Translations under genes and position numbers: made by a program
Notes under the pieces: generated by a model
Told to the model about the DNA's origin: nothing
Database searches by the model: none
What the model saw: the letters and a program-made list of their open reading frames with translations, nothing else
Shown: positions 49,810 to 61,389 of the stretch, in pieces
Layout of the letters: every line of letters starts with the position of its first letter
Numbering within the stretch: position 1 is the stretch's first letter
DNA from: Yuukianura sp. NJ FZ-2021
Lineage: Eukaryota
Length of the DNA stretch: 64,000 bases
Direction of reading: 5' to 3'
NCBI GenBank assembly: GCA_046563655.1
Contig: CM102288.1
Coordinates: 3,596,001 to 3,660,000, forward strand

Positions 49810-52616
49810 CTAATCAGCAACAGTTACTTCAGCCACTACTTCTGCCTCGGACTTCTTTTCTTGAGTGGCAATGTCGCTCGCAGGGTCTTTGATGTCGGTA
49901 TTTGCAGTTGCTGGACCTTTATTGACCTCTTTCCAAATGACCTTAGCAGGATTGACCCCATTTTTCTTAGGAAGTGACCTCTTGGCTTGACCAGTATTGA
50001 GACTTGTTGAACTTGCTGCACTTCGGACATTCGGAATTCTGCTTCTCACTTGAGGAAGCGACTGTTGTCGCACAGGCATTCTAGGTTTCACGAAAGGAGT
50101 CTGTTGTTTTGGTGACCCCAAGAGTCTGGTACCCTTGACCTCCAGCATTGGCCCGGAGAACGTGGTCGTAGGCGCCATTTTTTGGAATTTTGTATTTCCA
50201 AATGCTGTTGAAGGCCGTTGTGGAAGTGTCCATGTTAACGTCGTTCCGTCTCCCTCAGCAGTTGAAGTTTTCAAGTCCTTGAGATTCGAGTAGTTGTCAT
50301 CTTCTGACGGTTGACCTTGACCAGTCAAAGTCTGTGCTGTCTTGGCTTCCAGAATTTGTGTCATTGGGGTACTGTCTTCAATGATTTCAACTGGAAAGAC
50401 AATGTGGTCACCACTTTCTATTGAAACTTTCGGTTTGGCAGAAGTCGGTGGAGTTTTTGAAATCACGACGTCTGTCACTAATTGCTCAACAATTTCGGAA
50501 CAAAATTCCGAAGCTTCCCGGATTTCCTCAAACGATCGATACGGAAACTCTGTTTGTGTCATCACTCTCACTTTGGCTTCAGCGGCAGCAGTTTCTACGA
50601 CATAAGCTGCTAGCGGTACTGCTTCATTCGTCTTTTCCTCCGCTTCCCGAATAATTCCGTCCACGAAATGCTCAAATTCCGGCTCCTGTTTGAAAATTCC
50701 CTCCAGACTGAGCTGGTTCAGCGCCAGAAGAGCAGCGATTGGTGCCAAGTCTTCCATAAATGCACCACTGGCATCCCTCATCGTCTTTAGCTCCTCCTCC
50801 GTCACGTCCATTTTGAGTTGCTTTTTGAGCTGATTGATGTCCGACATGACATCAGTTGTGTGCTTCATTTCGGCTAAAAGTGCCAGAGCAATTTCAGCGG
50901 CAAATTTGACCCTGTCTTGTGTATAAAGATTGGGGTCACCAAAACCGAGTTCCAGAAGAGCTCCATTCAGAATTCGGTCAATCAGGGTATCGATGTACGG
51001 TATTCCTGCGGAATCGCCCCGGTCCGGACTTGTGACGAAGACGAGCTGAATGAGATCGTTGATGAGCCGCTCAATCGTTTGAGATCGGATGAATTGGTGT
51101 CGTACTTGGAATTCGACACTGGGAGCGTCAATTGCAGTTCCGTGACCGACCGGCAGAGCACACATGTATGCCGTTCTTTCTTGATTTTCGATGAGTTCGT
51201 CGTAGTCGTAGGAGTTGCGTTTACAGAATTCCTTGAAGGTCAAGAGGTCATAGGTTCGACCGTTGTGGATTCTGTACTGCGTCAAAAATACTTCGTAAGG
51301 TTGTAAGTGGCTCAGAGGACGCATGATGTTCGGACGAGGTAGGCCAAACATACAGCGAATGTGTCGCGCCATTTCCTATTTTTACAAAAATGTTTCAAAA
51401 TTTCTACAGTGCACTGTAGATCTAGGTAAATTGTCTTTGTAGGTTGTTTCAATAGGTAATTCATGATAATTCGGATTAATTACTACAGCAATTAATTACC
51501 TGAATTATTTTCCAATTTTGAATTCCCATTTTGTTGAGTGCAGAGGCATCAACAATAGCCAATCGCCGTCCATTGATGTAATTTTCACGAAATACATTCT
51601 GAAATAGTAATAATTACTACTTGTAATTACAGTAATTACTTGTAATTACATTATCAAAGTAGGGTTAATTCTTATACTGCGTCCTGTATGCACACGAAAT
51701 TGTTACAAAAGTAACTCATTTTGCTAATTACATGTGTAATTACATTGTAATTACTCGTAATTACCTGTAATTCAGGATATCCAATTTCTTCTAGCCAACT
51801 TGCAACTTGGTCCTCATCCCAATAGTAACACTCTGGAATTACTGGGTCAACTTCATACGGCGGAAGGCGCCCGATTTGACCTCTCGCGATTTCAATAATG
51901 CGCTTCAATTTCCTGACATTCAAAAACAGAGAAATTTCAAAATGGCGGGAGATTTTTTTTTGAAGTTGAATTACTTACTCATCTGTTAAATACTTGATGA
52001 TTAGTCGCTGCTTGACAAGCCAAACCAGGAAATTGAGCCAATCGGCTCGACTGCGCGGAACGAGCGACTGGAATCGGAATCCTTCGGGAAACGGATGTCG
52101 GTAGAAGTTCGGCGGTGCTCGGAGAATTCGTTCTGCCTTGTCGGTTTCACCCACCTCAAGTTCTGATTCGGAGTAATCCGTATCCTCCAGCGTTGTTCTT
52201 GTACATATTTTGAGAACACAGGATGTAACTGACTCTGGTTCGATGATGTCGTGATGATGAGGTCCAAAATCTGGATCGGGTTCTCGTTCTTCTGGATCCA
52301 GTTGCAGCATGGTAGCTGCAAGAATGGCATCCAGTTCCTGGATTTTAGAGGTCATGCGGGTCACATGTGGACTGTCAAAGTCATGCTCAGGTGACTCCCG
52401 GATGTGTATGTCTTCGGCAGCTTTGATTGGCTCTTCCACTGGTTTCGGCTTTTTGAACTTTCCAGGCACCATTTTGAAATTTCCTGGCGCCATTTTTGAT
52501 TTGTCAGGCGCCAATTTGAAATTTCCTGGCGCCATTTTTGATTTGTCATGCGCCATTTTGTTTCCTGCCACCATTTTGGAATTTCCTGGCGCCATTTTGT
52601 GTTTTTCAGGCGCCAT
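49810..52616 (-). CDS. SAM-domain protein, SAMD15-like, about 816 aa
   Basis: Exons 52616-51979, 51912-51765, 51598-51500, 51375-49810. SAM domain WDEDQVASWLEEIGYPELQNVFRENYINGRRLAIVDASALNKMGI, followed by a SAMD15-like segment (GRTYDLLTFKEF). The start is ambiguous among the tandem ATGs. Confidence 0.75.
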
Positions 52617-52622
52617 TTTGGA
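52460..52622 (-). repeat. Eight-unit ~21-bp coding tandem repeat (AAAATGGCGCC core; KMAPxxx heptads)
   Basis: In-frame ATG at 52616, 52595, 52574, 52556, 52535, 52493, 52472 and TTG at 52514. Spacing 21,21,18,21,21,21,21. Confidence 0.9.
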
Positions 52623-52927
52623 CCAATTGATATCCAGTCGTAGGCTTAAACAGTTTTGGAAAATCTGGCGCCAAAAATTCACGATTCGAATTTTTCTACC
52701 TTCTTCGACTTTCTTTGAGCGAGATTTTGAAACTTTCAATGAAATTTTCAAATCTACGTCTTAACTGTGTTTCCACGGTAACAAATTTTACCCTCCATTT
52801 TTTTTTTAAATTTTTAAAACAAAAAGTTTTTTTTTCGCATTTCATAGCTGACTGTTGACCCCTGAACAACTGAGAAACGTTTGTTTCAGGTTCAAAATTT
52901 TTCAAAATTTTCCGCTCAAATTGCACT

Positions 52928-54062
52928 ATGAGTCTGGACATTATTGATTGTGTCTTTACCGATACTTCGGACAGTTGTTTCACGAACTACCAAGACGAAA
53001 CCGGATCTTCTAACCATAACCTCGATTTGGCACAAATCGGTCATCAAGTGTTAGTCGCCATGGCTCCAACGGTACTTACGTTCGGTTCGCTTGCTACCGG
53101 ATTCTACTTGTCTTCCGCATTCCAGCGTGTCGTCAACTTTTTTCATGACGAATCCGCTGATACTGCAGACATCGACTACTCCGACGCCTTGGAACGACTA
53201 TTCGCCCAGGATGATGAGGATGACGACGAACCTGATTGGCCAGAGCTGGATGACCTCTTTCCTAAGCCATTTGAACTTGCAGAAGTAGCTTGTCAAGCTT
53301 TTGGACAACTCTGTACTTTCTTGTCCTCTTTTGGAACGACTATGAAGATTGAGCTGACAGGACTTGCCCAATCGGCTGAACAAGTGACACAGAAAATCGC
53401 TGAAGGAATTCGGGAAGTTACGGAACGCAACGAAGAAGAGCTGACGTACATTGTGAACATGCTGTACAAGGACAATCCAGACATCAGCCGATTCTCAATC
53501 TTACGACGGGTACTGGCCTCTGACTGGCCACAAGGATGCTTCGAAATGTACTGCGACGGTTTTCGGAATCTGTTTGACCAGAGCAACAGCGCAGGGCAAC
53601 TACAAATTACCGAGAGAGATTCAAATATTTCCGGGGAGGACCAATCAGAAACTGGCGTCGACTCAGAAGCGACATTCAGTGTCAAGGAAATGGTGTCGTT
53701 CTTTGAGCAGTTGGGTTTCATCACAGCAGTACCACGTGACCGTGCCCAGGCTCTTGCAAGTATGGCTGCACAGAAGCAACATTCAAACACAAAAGTTCCA
53801 GCGCAAAGTGTAGCTGAAAAAATTCAACAAGCTATTGACGACGAAGATTCGGAGTTGTTCGGAGAAGTTCCGGAAGCAGAAGGACGATCGGATCCAACGG
53901 AGAGTCCGACGGTGTCAGCGGATTGTTCGGATTTTGATGACGCTGACGATTTCTGTAAGAAATTTTTTTAAATTCAAAAACTTCGAAAAAAAATTGAAAA
54001 AAATTATTGTTTCAATTTCAGGTGTCGTCAGCAAGAGCTGCACAAAGCTACAATTCGACTGA
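52928..54062 (+). CDS. Acidic orphan protein, about 355 aa, with one hydrophobic segment near the N-terminus
   Basis: Long ORF from 52928. Probable intron 53955-54021 (gtaaga..tttcag) giving C-terminus CVVSKSCTKLQFD*. AATAAA at ~54184. Divergent from the SAM gene. Confidence 0.7.
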
Positions 54063-54366
54063 TTTTTGCAAAAAACGCGAACATTCCTCGCCAGCTTCCC
54101 GCTACATTTTCGAAATTTGAAATTACAAAATTTCGAGCTTTTTACGTTTTTCTCATCTAGCGCCTCCACTCCAAGTATTTATTAATAAACCCTTGCTCTA
54201 ACATTAACATTCAGTTTCGTCGATGATAATATGTAATTTTGGCAACAGGTTTAAATTTCTGTAAGTAATTAACTGTTTATTTGTAATTTCGTAATTTTAA
54301 TTACTTTGTAATTAGAACAATATCGAATTGCCATTTCTTCTTAACTAGATCAAGATCGAATTGTAA

Positions 54367-55386
54367 TTACTTCTGAACAATAATGAGTGCAATTTCGAAC
54401 TCGAGTCGATGTCGCCGTGGCCCCTTCGGCCCACAACCACTCCCACATGTCTCCGTTACACGTTCATTCAAAAATTTCAAATATTCGGCTTCCAATTTCT
54501 TATACATTTCAGAACTTGGGAAACACTCTCCAATTTCTGCCATATAACCAGCCAATAAAAAATCTGAAAATGAAAAAACGAAAACCGTTTTATAATCTAA
54601 AACGTTCTGTTTTGAAATTTCGAAATTCCGGTAGAACTTACCAACACATTCCTCTTTGCTAGGAAAAACAGTACACTCAGTGACCAATCGAAATGATTTG
54701 ATTTGAAATCCAACTGAGGTCAATGCGTCTTTGATGACTTGGGCATAGTCCCTTCCAGCCCACCGTGCCAAAATGAAATCCGGAATTACAAGTTGATCTC
54801 CCAATGACTTCCAGTTAGGCGTGTCTTGCAAATATTTTGCAAATTGAAAAAAGTCATCAACAATAGAGCCCATGAAAATACAACATTTCCCGCCATTTTC
54901 CAAAATGGCATACAATTTTTCCAAGTCAGCTCTGTAGTTTTCAGCAGTGTGAAGATAGTAGATCGAAATCACAGTTGGAAATTTTTTGCTTTTCAGAGAA
55001 AAATTTTCACTCAAGATGTCTTCATTGACGTAAGTTATTCTGTCATGCGCATGATTTGTAATTGCGTGCTGATAATGTGCTGTGCATTTTTCAACTGCGA
55101 AAATGTGCAAGTTCTTTTCTTGGGCAAGTGGCAGCAGATTTGCATGTGTAAATGTGCCACCGCGACATCCGTAGTCCATAATGTCCGAATTTTGTGGAAT
55201 GTCCAATTGCACAAATGCTTCTGCCAAGTACCTATCGGTGAAGTCTTGTGCAAAAGCAACGTGTTTGTCAAAAGATGCGCCAAAGTTATGAATTGCTTTC
55301 AAAACGTTTTGTAATCGCTTCACTTGTTTTCGAAATCCTTTTGGTGCTGGTGGTAGTTCAGCGTTAGATGTTTTTGGATCGGCCAT
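54367..55386 (-). CDS. Class I SAM-dependent methyltransferase, JHAMT-like, paralog 1
   Basis: Exons 55386-54642 and 54563-54367. MDYGCRGG, AVEKC, ITYVNEDI, SIYYLH, ILENGGK. Confidence 0.82.
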   Translation of the reverse strand: MADPKTSNAELPPAPKGFRKQVKRLQNVLKAIHNFGASFDKHVAFAQDFTDRYLAEAFVQLDIPQNSDIMDYGCRGGTFTHANLLPLAQEKNLHIFAVEKCTAHYQHAITNHAHDRITYVNEDILSENFSLKSKKFPTVISIYYLHTAENYRADLEKLYAILENGGKCCIFMGSIVDDFFQFAKYLQDTPNWKSLGDQLVIPDFILARWAGRDYAQVIKDALTSVGFQIKSFRLVTECTVFPSKEECVGKFYRNFEISKQNVLDYKTVFVFSFSDFLLAGYMAEIGECFPSSEMYKKLEAEYLKFLNERVTETCGSGCGPKGPRRHRLEFEIALIIVQK

Positions 55387-56209
55387 TTTGATCTTTCTGT
55401 ACTTTTAAAAATGTATAAGCAGCAAGACACTATAAAGTTGCTCCGATTTTTACTCGAGTTTGGAATCAACTGAAGTATGCAAGTAATTAAAGTGGAGAAA
55501 CAACAAATCAAGTTAATTTATAATATACATACTTCGTAAAGTTAATTATCATTTTGCAGGTACTGCGTCTTTTCAGTGAAACTCGTATGAAGGTAGTTAG
55601 TTGATTACCTTCAATTAATCAAAACAAAATTTCTGGGTTGTGAATTATTGGTAAACCAGAAAAAAATGAATACGAATCGATTCTACGAAGCTCAAAATTT
55701 TAACGTTCTTCAACCTTTTATAATTTCAAAATGGCGAAAAAAAATGGATCCATTTTTTGAATCCAACTGAAGTATCATTTGCGTTTTGAACTCGAATTGA
55801 ATCAAACAAGTTCATTAAGGACTCAAACTGCACAATTGTCTTTATTGTACTGTTTAGCAACTAGAGCTAATTAAAAATTACAACACTTTAGACAGTTTCA
55901 ATACCAGTTTCTCATTAAGAAAGACAACTTACAGACAAAAACAACCACATTTTTTTAAATTTTGTTGAAAATTAAAACAGTAGCTTACCTTGAAGTTTGA
56001 AAAGAACAAAGAACAACCTTAGTTTTATCAAAAAAAGTCGTCTGAAACCAAATGTTCAAATTCACAAATTCATAAAGTATTTCGTAATTTTATGTTTCAA
56101 CATCCAGAACAGGCACATTTTCATCTCTTTTCTAAAATTATGCAACACCCATACTTGAATAATTGTAATTACATTAATTAAAATTTAATACAGTAATGAC
56201 ACTTTGTAA

Positions 56210-57203
56210 TTACTTTTGAGCTACAATTAGAGCCATTTCATAATCCAATCGATGTCGTCTTGGGCCGGATCCACAAGCACCTCCACAAGTCTCCGTGGCG
56301 CGTTCTTTCAAAAATTGCACATATTCAGCTTCCAACTTTTTGTAGAGTTCAGAACTTGGCAAACACTCTGCACTTTCTGCCATGCAACTAGCCAATAGAA
56401 ACTCTGGAAACAAAAATTCAACTTTTTCAAATTTAAAGCTCTTTTTTCAATTTTAAAATATTTGTCAAACCAGCACAATCCTCTTTGCTTGCAAAGATCG
56501 TGTACTCATCAACCATTTGAAACGATTTGATTTGAAATCCAGCCGAGGTGACTGCTCCCTTGATGATCTCTGTATGATCTCTCCCAGCCCAACGTGCCAA
56601 AATCCAATCAGGAGTTGGAATTTGATCTCCAACTGATTTCCATTCTGAACTATCTTGCAACATTTTAACAAATTGAAAATAGTCATCACACATCGATACT
56701 ATGAAAAGACAACACTTCCGCCCATCTTCCAACATGTTATACAATTTTTCCAAAACTGCTCTGTAGTTTTTCACAGTGTGAATATAGTAGATCGAAATCA
56801 CAGTTGAAAATTTTTTGTCTTTGAGTGAAAAGTTTTCACTCAAAATGTCTTCGTTCACGTACGTTATTCTGTCATGCGCATGATTTCCAATTGCGTGCTG
56901 ATAATGGGCTGCACACTTTTCGACTCCAAAAATTTTCAAATTTTTTTCTTCCGCTACCGGAACAAATTTTGAGAGTGTAAATGTTCCAATTCGACATCCG
57001 TAGTCTAAAAAGTCCGAATTTGGTGGAATGTCCAATTCTTCAATTGCTGCTGTCAAGTACTTTTCGTTGAGAGAATGTATGAATCCACTGTGTCGTTCAA
57101 AAGATGCGCCAAAATTATGAATTGCCTTCAAAACTGTTCGTAGTCGCTTAATGTGCCTTCGAAATGCTGTACGTTTTTTGGGTTCTGGTTTCGTGTCGGC
57201 CAT
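56210..57203 (-). CDS. Class I SAM-dependent methyltransferase, JHAMT-like, paralog 2
   Basis: Exons 57203-56471 and 56403-56210. LDYGCRIG. Same intron position as paralog 1. Confidence 0.82.
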
Positions 57204-57938
57204 TTTGCTTTATACTGTGTAGGATTTCTGCTGTAGAAAAACAGTGGAACTGGTTTCGATTCGTTTTACAAAAATTTGATTTTAGTCTAAAAAATTTCAC
57301 CTTGCACTTTCCTTCAAATTACTAATTGGATATCAACTGATGTACAGAGTGAATTGACATTTTGAAACTCAAAATTAACCGGTTTTTATAGGGAAGCTTT
57401 ACAAGGACAGTAGGAATCAAGATTTTTTTAAAAAGTGAAAACTAGTTGAAAAGATTAGTGATAACCTTCAAGTCGTAAAAGTTTTTCATGAGGTACAGAC
57501 ATCAATTTAAGCAAATTAAATTAAAAACCACAATTTAACACAATTCAAGCGTGGATTTATACATACATTGGAGATTAGTTTTTAATCGTAGTTAGCCTAA
57601 TTAATTGTAACCAAATACGCTAATGACGTAACTACTTTTGAACAACCCTTAGTGAAAGTTCAAAGTTCAAAATACAAGAATTTAAACGCTAAACGCTAAA
57701 CTAAACGCTAAAAGGAAAACTAATTTTGTTAAATATATTTTAACGAAAAACATCTCAATTTCGGCAACTTCATTTTCATGTCGTTAAAAGAAGGATGATG
57801 GGTGAATTGAACTTTTATTTTGAAACATACACCAACCAAAATTTTCATTATAGACTTACTATACCTCCGTAGAGTAAGTGCAATTACAGTAATTGTAATT
57901 GCAGTAATTGTAATTACAAGTAATTGTAATTACAGTAA

Positions 57939-58941
57939 TTACTTTTGAAGAATGATTAGTGCAAGCTCGTAGTCCAATCGATGTCGCCTTGGGCCTCCAC
58001 CACATACACGTCCACACGTCTCCGTTTGACGCTCTTTCAAAAATTCCACATACTCCGCTTCCAGTTTTTTGTACAAATCGGATGTTGGCAAACACTCTGC
58101 ACTTTCTGCCATGCAACTAGCCATTAGAAAATCTGCAAATACAAATTCCAAATTATAACTCTCAAATTCAAAATTCAATAAATTTTCAAAAATTTGTTCA
58201 AAACTAACCAACACAATCCTCTTTGCTTGCAAATTCAGTATACTCATTGACCAATTGAAAAGATTGGATTTTAAATCCAACTGAGGTCACTGCCTTCTTG
58301 ATGATCTCTGCATAGTCTCTTCCAGCCCATCGTGCCAAAACGAAATCCGGAATTGCAATTTGGTCTCCAACTGACTTCCATTCTGCAGTGTCTTGCAACA
58401 TTTTGACAAATTGGAAGTAGTCATCTACGTGGGTTCCCATGAAAATACAACATTTCCCACCAACTTCCAACATGTTGTACAATTTCTCCAAAACTGCTCC
58501 ATAGTTTTTGATTGTTTGCAGATAGTAGAGTGTAACTGCAGTTGTAAATTTCCTGTCTTTGAGTGAACAATTTTCACTCAAAATGTCTTCGTTCACGTAC
58601 GTGATTCTTTCGTGACGACTGTTTTCAATTGCATGTTGGTAATGCGTCTGACATTTTTCGAGTCCCACAATTTGCAAGTTCTTTTCTTCCGCTACCGGAA
58701 CAAATTTGGCGAGTGTAAACGATCCCGTTCGACATCCATAGTCCAGAAGATCCGTATTCGGTGGAATGTCCAACTCCGCAATTGCTGCGTTCAAATACTT
58801 TTCGTTCATGTTATGCACAAAGGCATTGTGTCGCTCCCAAGACGCCCCAAAATTATGAATTGCTTTCAAGATCGCTCCCAACTTCCTCACCTTTTGTCGA
58901 AATCCTGAGACTTTTTTGGTCCCATTGTTGGCGTCGGCCAT
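57939..58941 (-). CDS. Class I SAM-dependent methyltransferase, JHAMT-like, paralog 3
   Basis: Exons 58941-58209 and 58132-57939. LDYGCRTG. Same intron position. Confidence 0.82.
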
Positions 58942-59212
58942 TTTGCTTTCGACTTTTAATGTTACAACCAAAGTGATCGAACTGAATCGAAATTTGGAAA
59001 GTCGGAGCTTGAAATATGTTGGATTTAATTTTAAAGACCTTGAGGGCAATTGAATTTATCATTTTGAGGTACAGATAGAATTTGAAACAAACAATTTAAT
59101 TGAAATAACTTGGAAATCCATTTGTGGTTAGGTTTAATTGTAATAATCCTAATTACTCAAAAAATGACGCAATTACTTTTGGACTACGATGTAAGTAATT
59201 AAGAATTCGGAA

Positions 59213-59302
59213 TTACTTTTGAAGAACGATTAGTGCCAATTCTTAGTCTTCACGATGTCGCCATGTACCTGTTCCACAAAAGCATCCACATGTCTCCGAC
59301 CT
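59213..59302 (-). pseudogene. 3' fragment of a fourth methyltransferase paralog with an internal stop
   Basis: Translates as RSETCGCFCGTGTWRHRED*ELALIVLQK*, versus paralog 3 TETCGRVCGGGPRRHRLDYELALIILQK*. Confidence 0.85.
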
Positions 59303-59397
59303 TGAACCTAACTCTAACCTTTAACTTTAACTTTCTCTGTAGAATTTTTTCAAATTCACATTTTTTGAAATTCAAAATTTTGAAATTTTTGTGGTTT

Positions 59398-61389
59398 TTA
59401 GTACTCCTGTTGTTGATCATCGACAGAGTCACTACCGACCTCCTGGTAGTCCCTCACGAGCGTCGCCAAATCTTCCCTGGCTTCTGCAAATTCTCCCTCC
59501 TCCATTCCTTCCCCAACATACCTGAATCAAAATTTTGGAAAAAAAAATTGAAATTTTGAAAACTTTCGAAATCCAATTTCTGACAATTTCGTACCAGTGA
59601 ATGAAAGCCCTCTTGGCATACATGAGGTCAAATTTGTGGTTGATGCGAGCCCATGCTCCTGAAATTGCAGTTGTATTTGACAACATGCAACAAGCACGCT
59701 GAACTTTGGCCAAATCTCCGCCAGGAACGACCTGAAATTTCGAAAAGTCAAAGGTCAACAGTTTAAATTTTTTTTTCAAAAATCTCGTTTTTGAGAAACT
59801 ACCGTTGGTGGTTGAAAATTTATTCCAACTTTGAATCCAGTTGGACACCAATCTACAAACTGGATACTTTTTTGTTGTTTGACACTTGCGATTGCGCTGT
59901 TCACATCTTTTGGCACAACATCTCCACGGTACAACATGCAACATGCCATGTACTTTCCTGTAGAACCAAAAATTCAAAGGTCATGTCAAGGTCATGGGTC
60001 AAATTGCCCCGGGGGGTAACGTACCCTGCTTCGGGTCACACTTGACCATTGTATTTGTAGCATCGAAACAAGCTTTGGTGATTTCAGCGACTGAACTTTG
60101 TTCATGATGTGCCTTCTCGGCAGAAATTAACGGCGCATAGGAAACCAATGGAAAATGGATGCGCGGAAATGGCACCAAATTCGTTTGAAATTCGGTCAAA
60201 TCCACATTTAACGCTCCCTCAAATCGGAGTGACGCCGTGATGGAAGACACGATTTGGCCAATGATCCGGTTCAAGTTGGAGTAATTTGGTCGTCCAATGT
60301 CCAGATTCCGACGACAAATGTCGAAAATTGCTTCATTGTCAACAATAAATGCACAGTCGCTGTGAGACATAGTGTTGTGAGTGGTCAACAGAGCATTGTA
60401 CGGCTCAACGACGGCAGTTGACACCTAAAGGTCAAAGGTTAAAACTAATTTTGACCCGGAATTTTGAACTATTATTGAAAAACTTACTTGAGGTGCCGGG
60501 TAAATTGAGAATTCGAGTTTAGATTTTTTGCCGTAGTCGACAGAAAGCCGTTCCATAAGCAAAGCTGTGAATCCGGATCCGGTTCCGCCGCCAAATGACC
60601 GAAAAATCAAAAATCCTTGCAAGCCGGAACACTGGTCAGCCAATTTCCGAATTCGGTCCAAAACTTTGTCAACCATTTCCTTTCCAACGGTGTAGTGTCC
60701 CCTACAAAATTTATTTTCTCAAAATTTTGAAAATTTTATTTCTCAAAAAATCAACATTTCACCTTGCATAGTTGTTTGCGGCATCCTCTTTGCCAGTAAT
60801 CATTTGCTCAGGATGAAACAGTTCCCGGTACATCCCGGTTCTAATTTCATCTTGGAAGTAGAACATCAATGTTCATACGTCAAAATAAAAAAGTGGAAGG
60901 TCAAAGGTTTTTTTTTTCTTACCAACGACAGTGGGTTCCAAATCCACAAAAATTGCTCGCGGAACGTGTCGTCCAGCACCCGTTTCCTGAAAGAATGTTG
61001 CATAAGAAGCGTCGTTCTTGTCTTCCGACACAAAGCGACCGTCCGGCTGAATTCCATGTTCCAGGCAGTACAGCTCCCAACAGGACGTTCCCATCTGAAC
61101 TCCAGCTTGTCCCACATGGATTGACAGGCACTCTCGCTAAAAAGAGGTCAAAGGTCAAGGTCAAATCTAAGTTGAACGGTATGCTTTGAACTCTCTAAAT
61201 GAGTTACTACTACAAAGATCACGATAACTAGCTTCCACAATATTTACTAGCTGAAATAAGAAAACATCCAATCACACAGCAATACAAATGTCGTCAGCCG
61301 CTGAAACTGATTTCGTTTTCTATAGAACGCAGTAGCCAGACCACACTTTTTAATTTAACGGCGTCAAACTTAGATAAATTTCTTACCAT
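59398..61389 (-). CDS. Divergent alpha-tubulin
   Basis: ATG-only first exon 61389-61387. [57 protein letters not shown], ends [13 protein letters not shown]. Confidence 0.95.

Noticed and set aside
52460..52622. Regularly spaced repeats as a CRISPR-like array
   Set aside because: No unique spacers, no cas genes, eukaryotic context; it is a coding minisatellite.
50342..55314. ORFs antisense to the SAM, acidic and methyltransferase genes
   Set aside because: Shadow ORFs of real coding exons.
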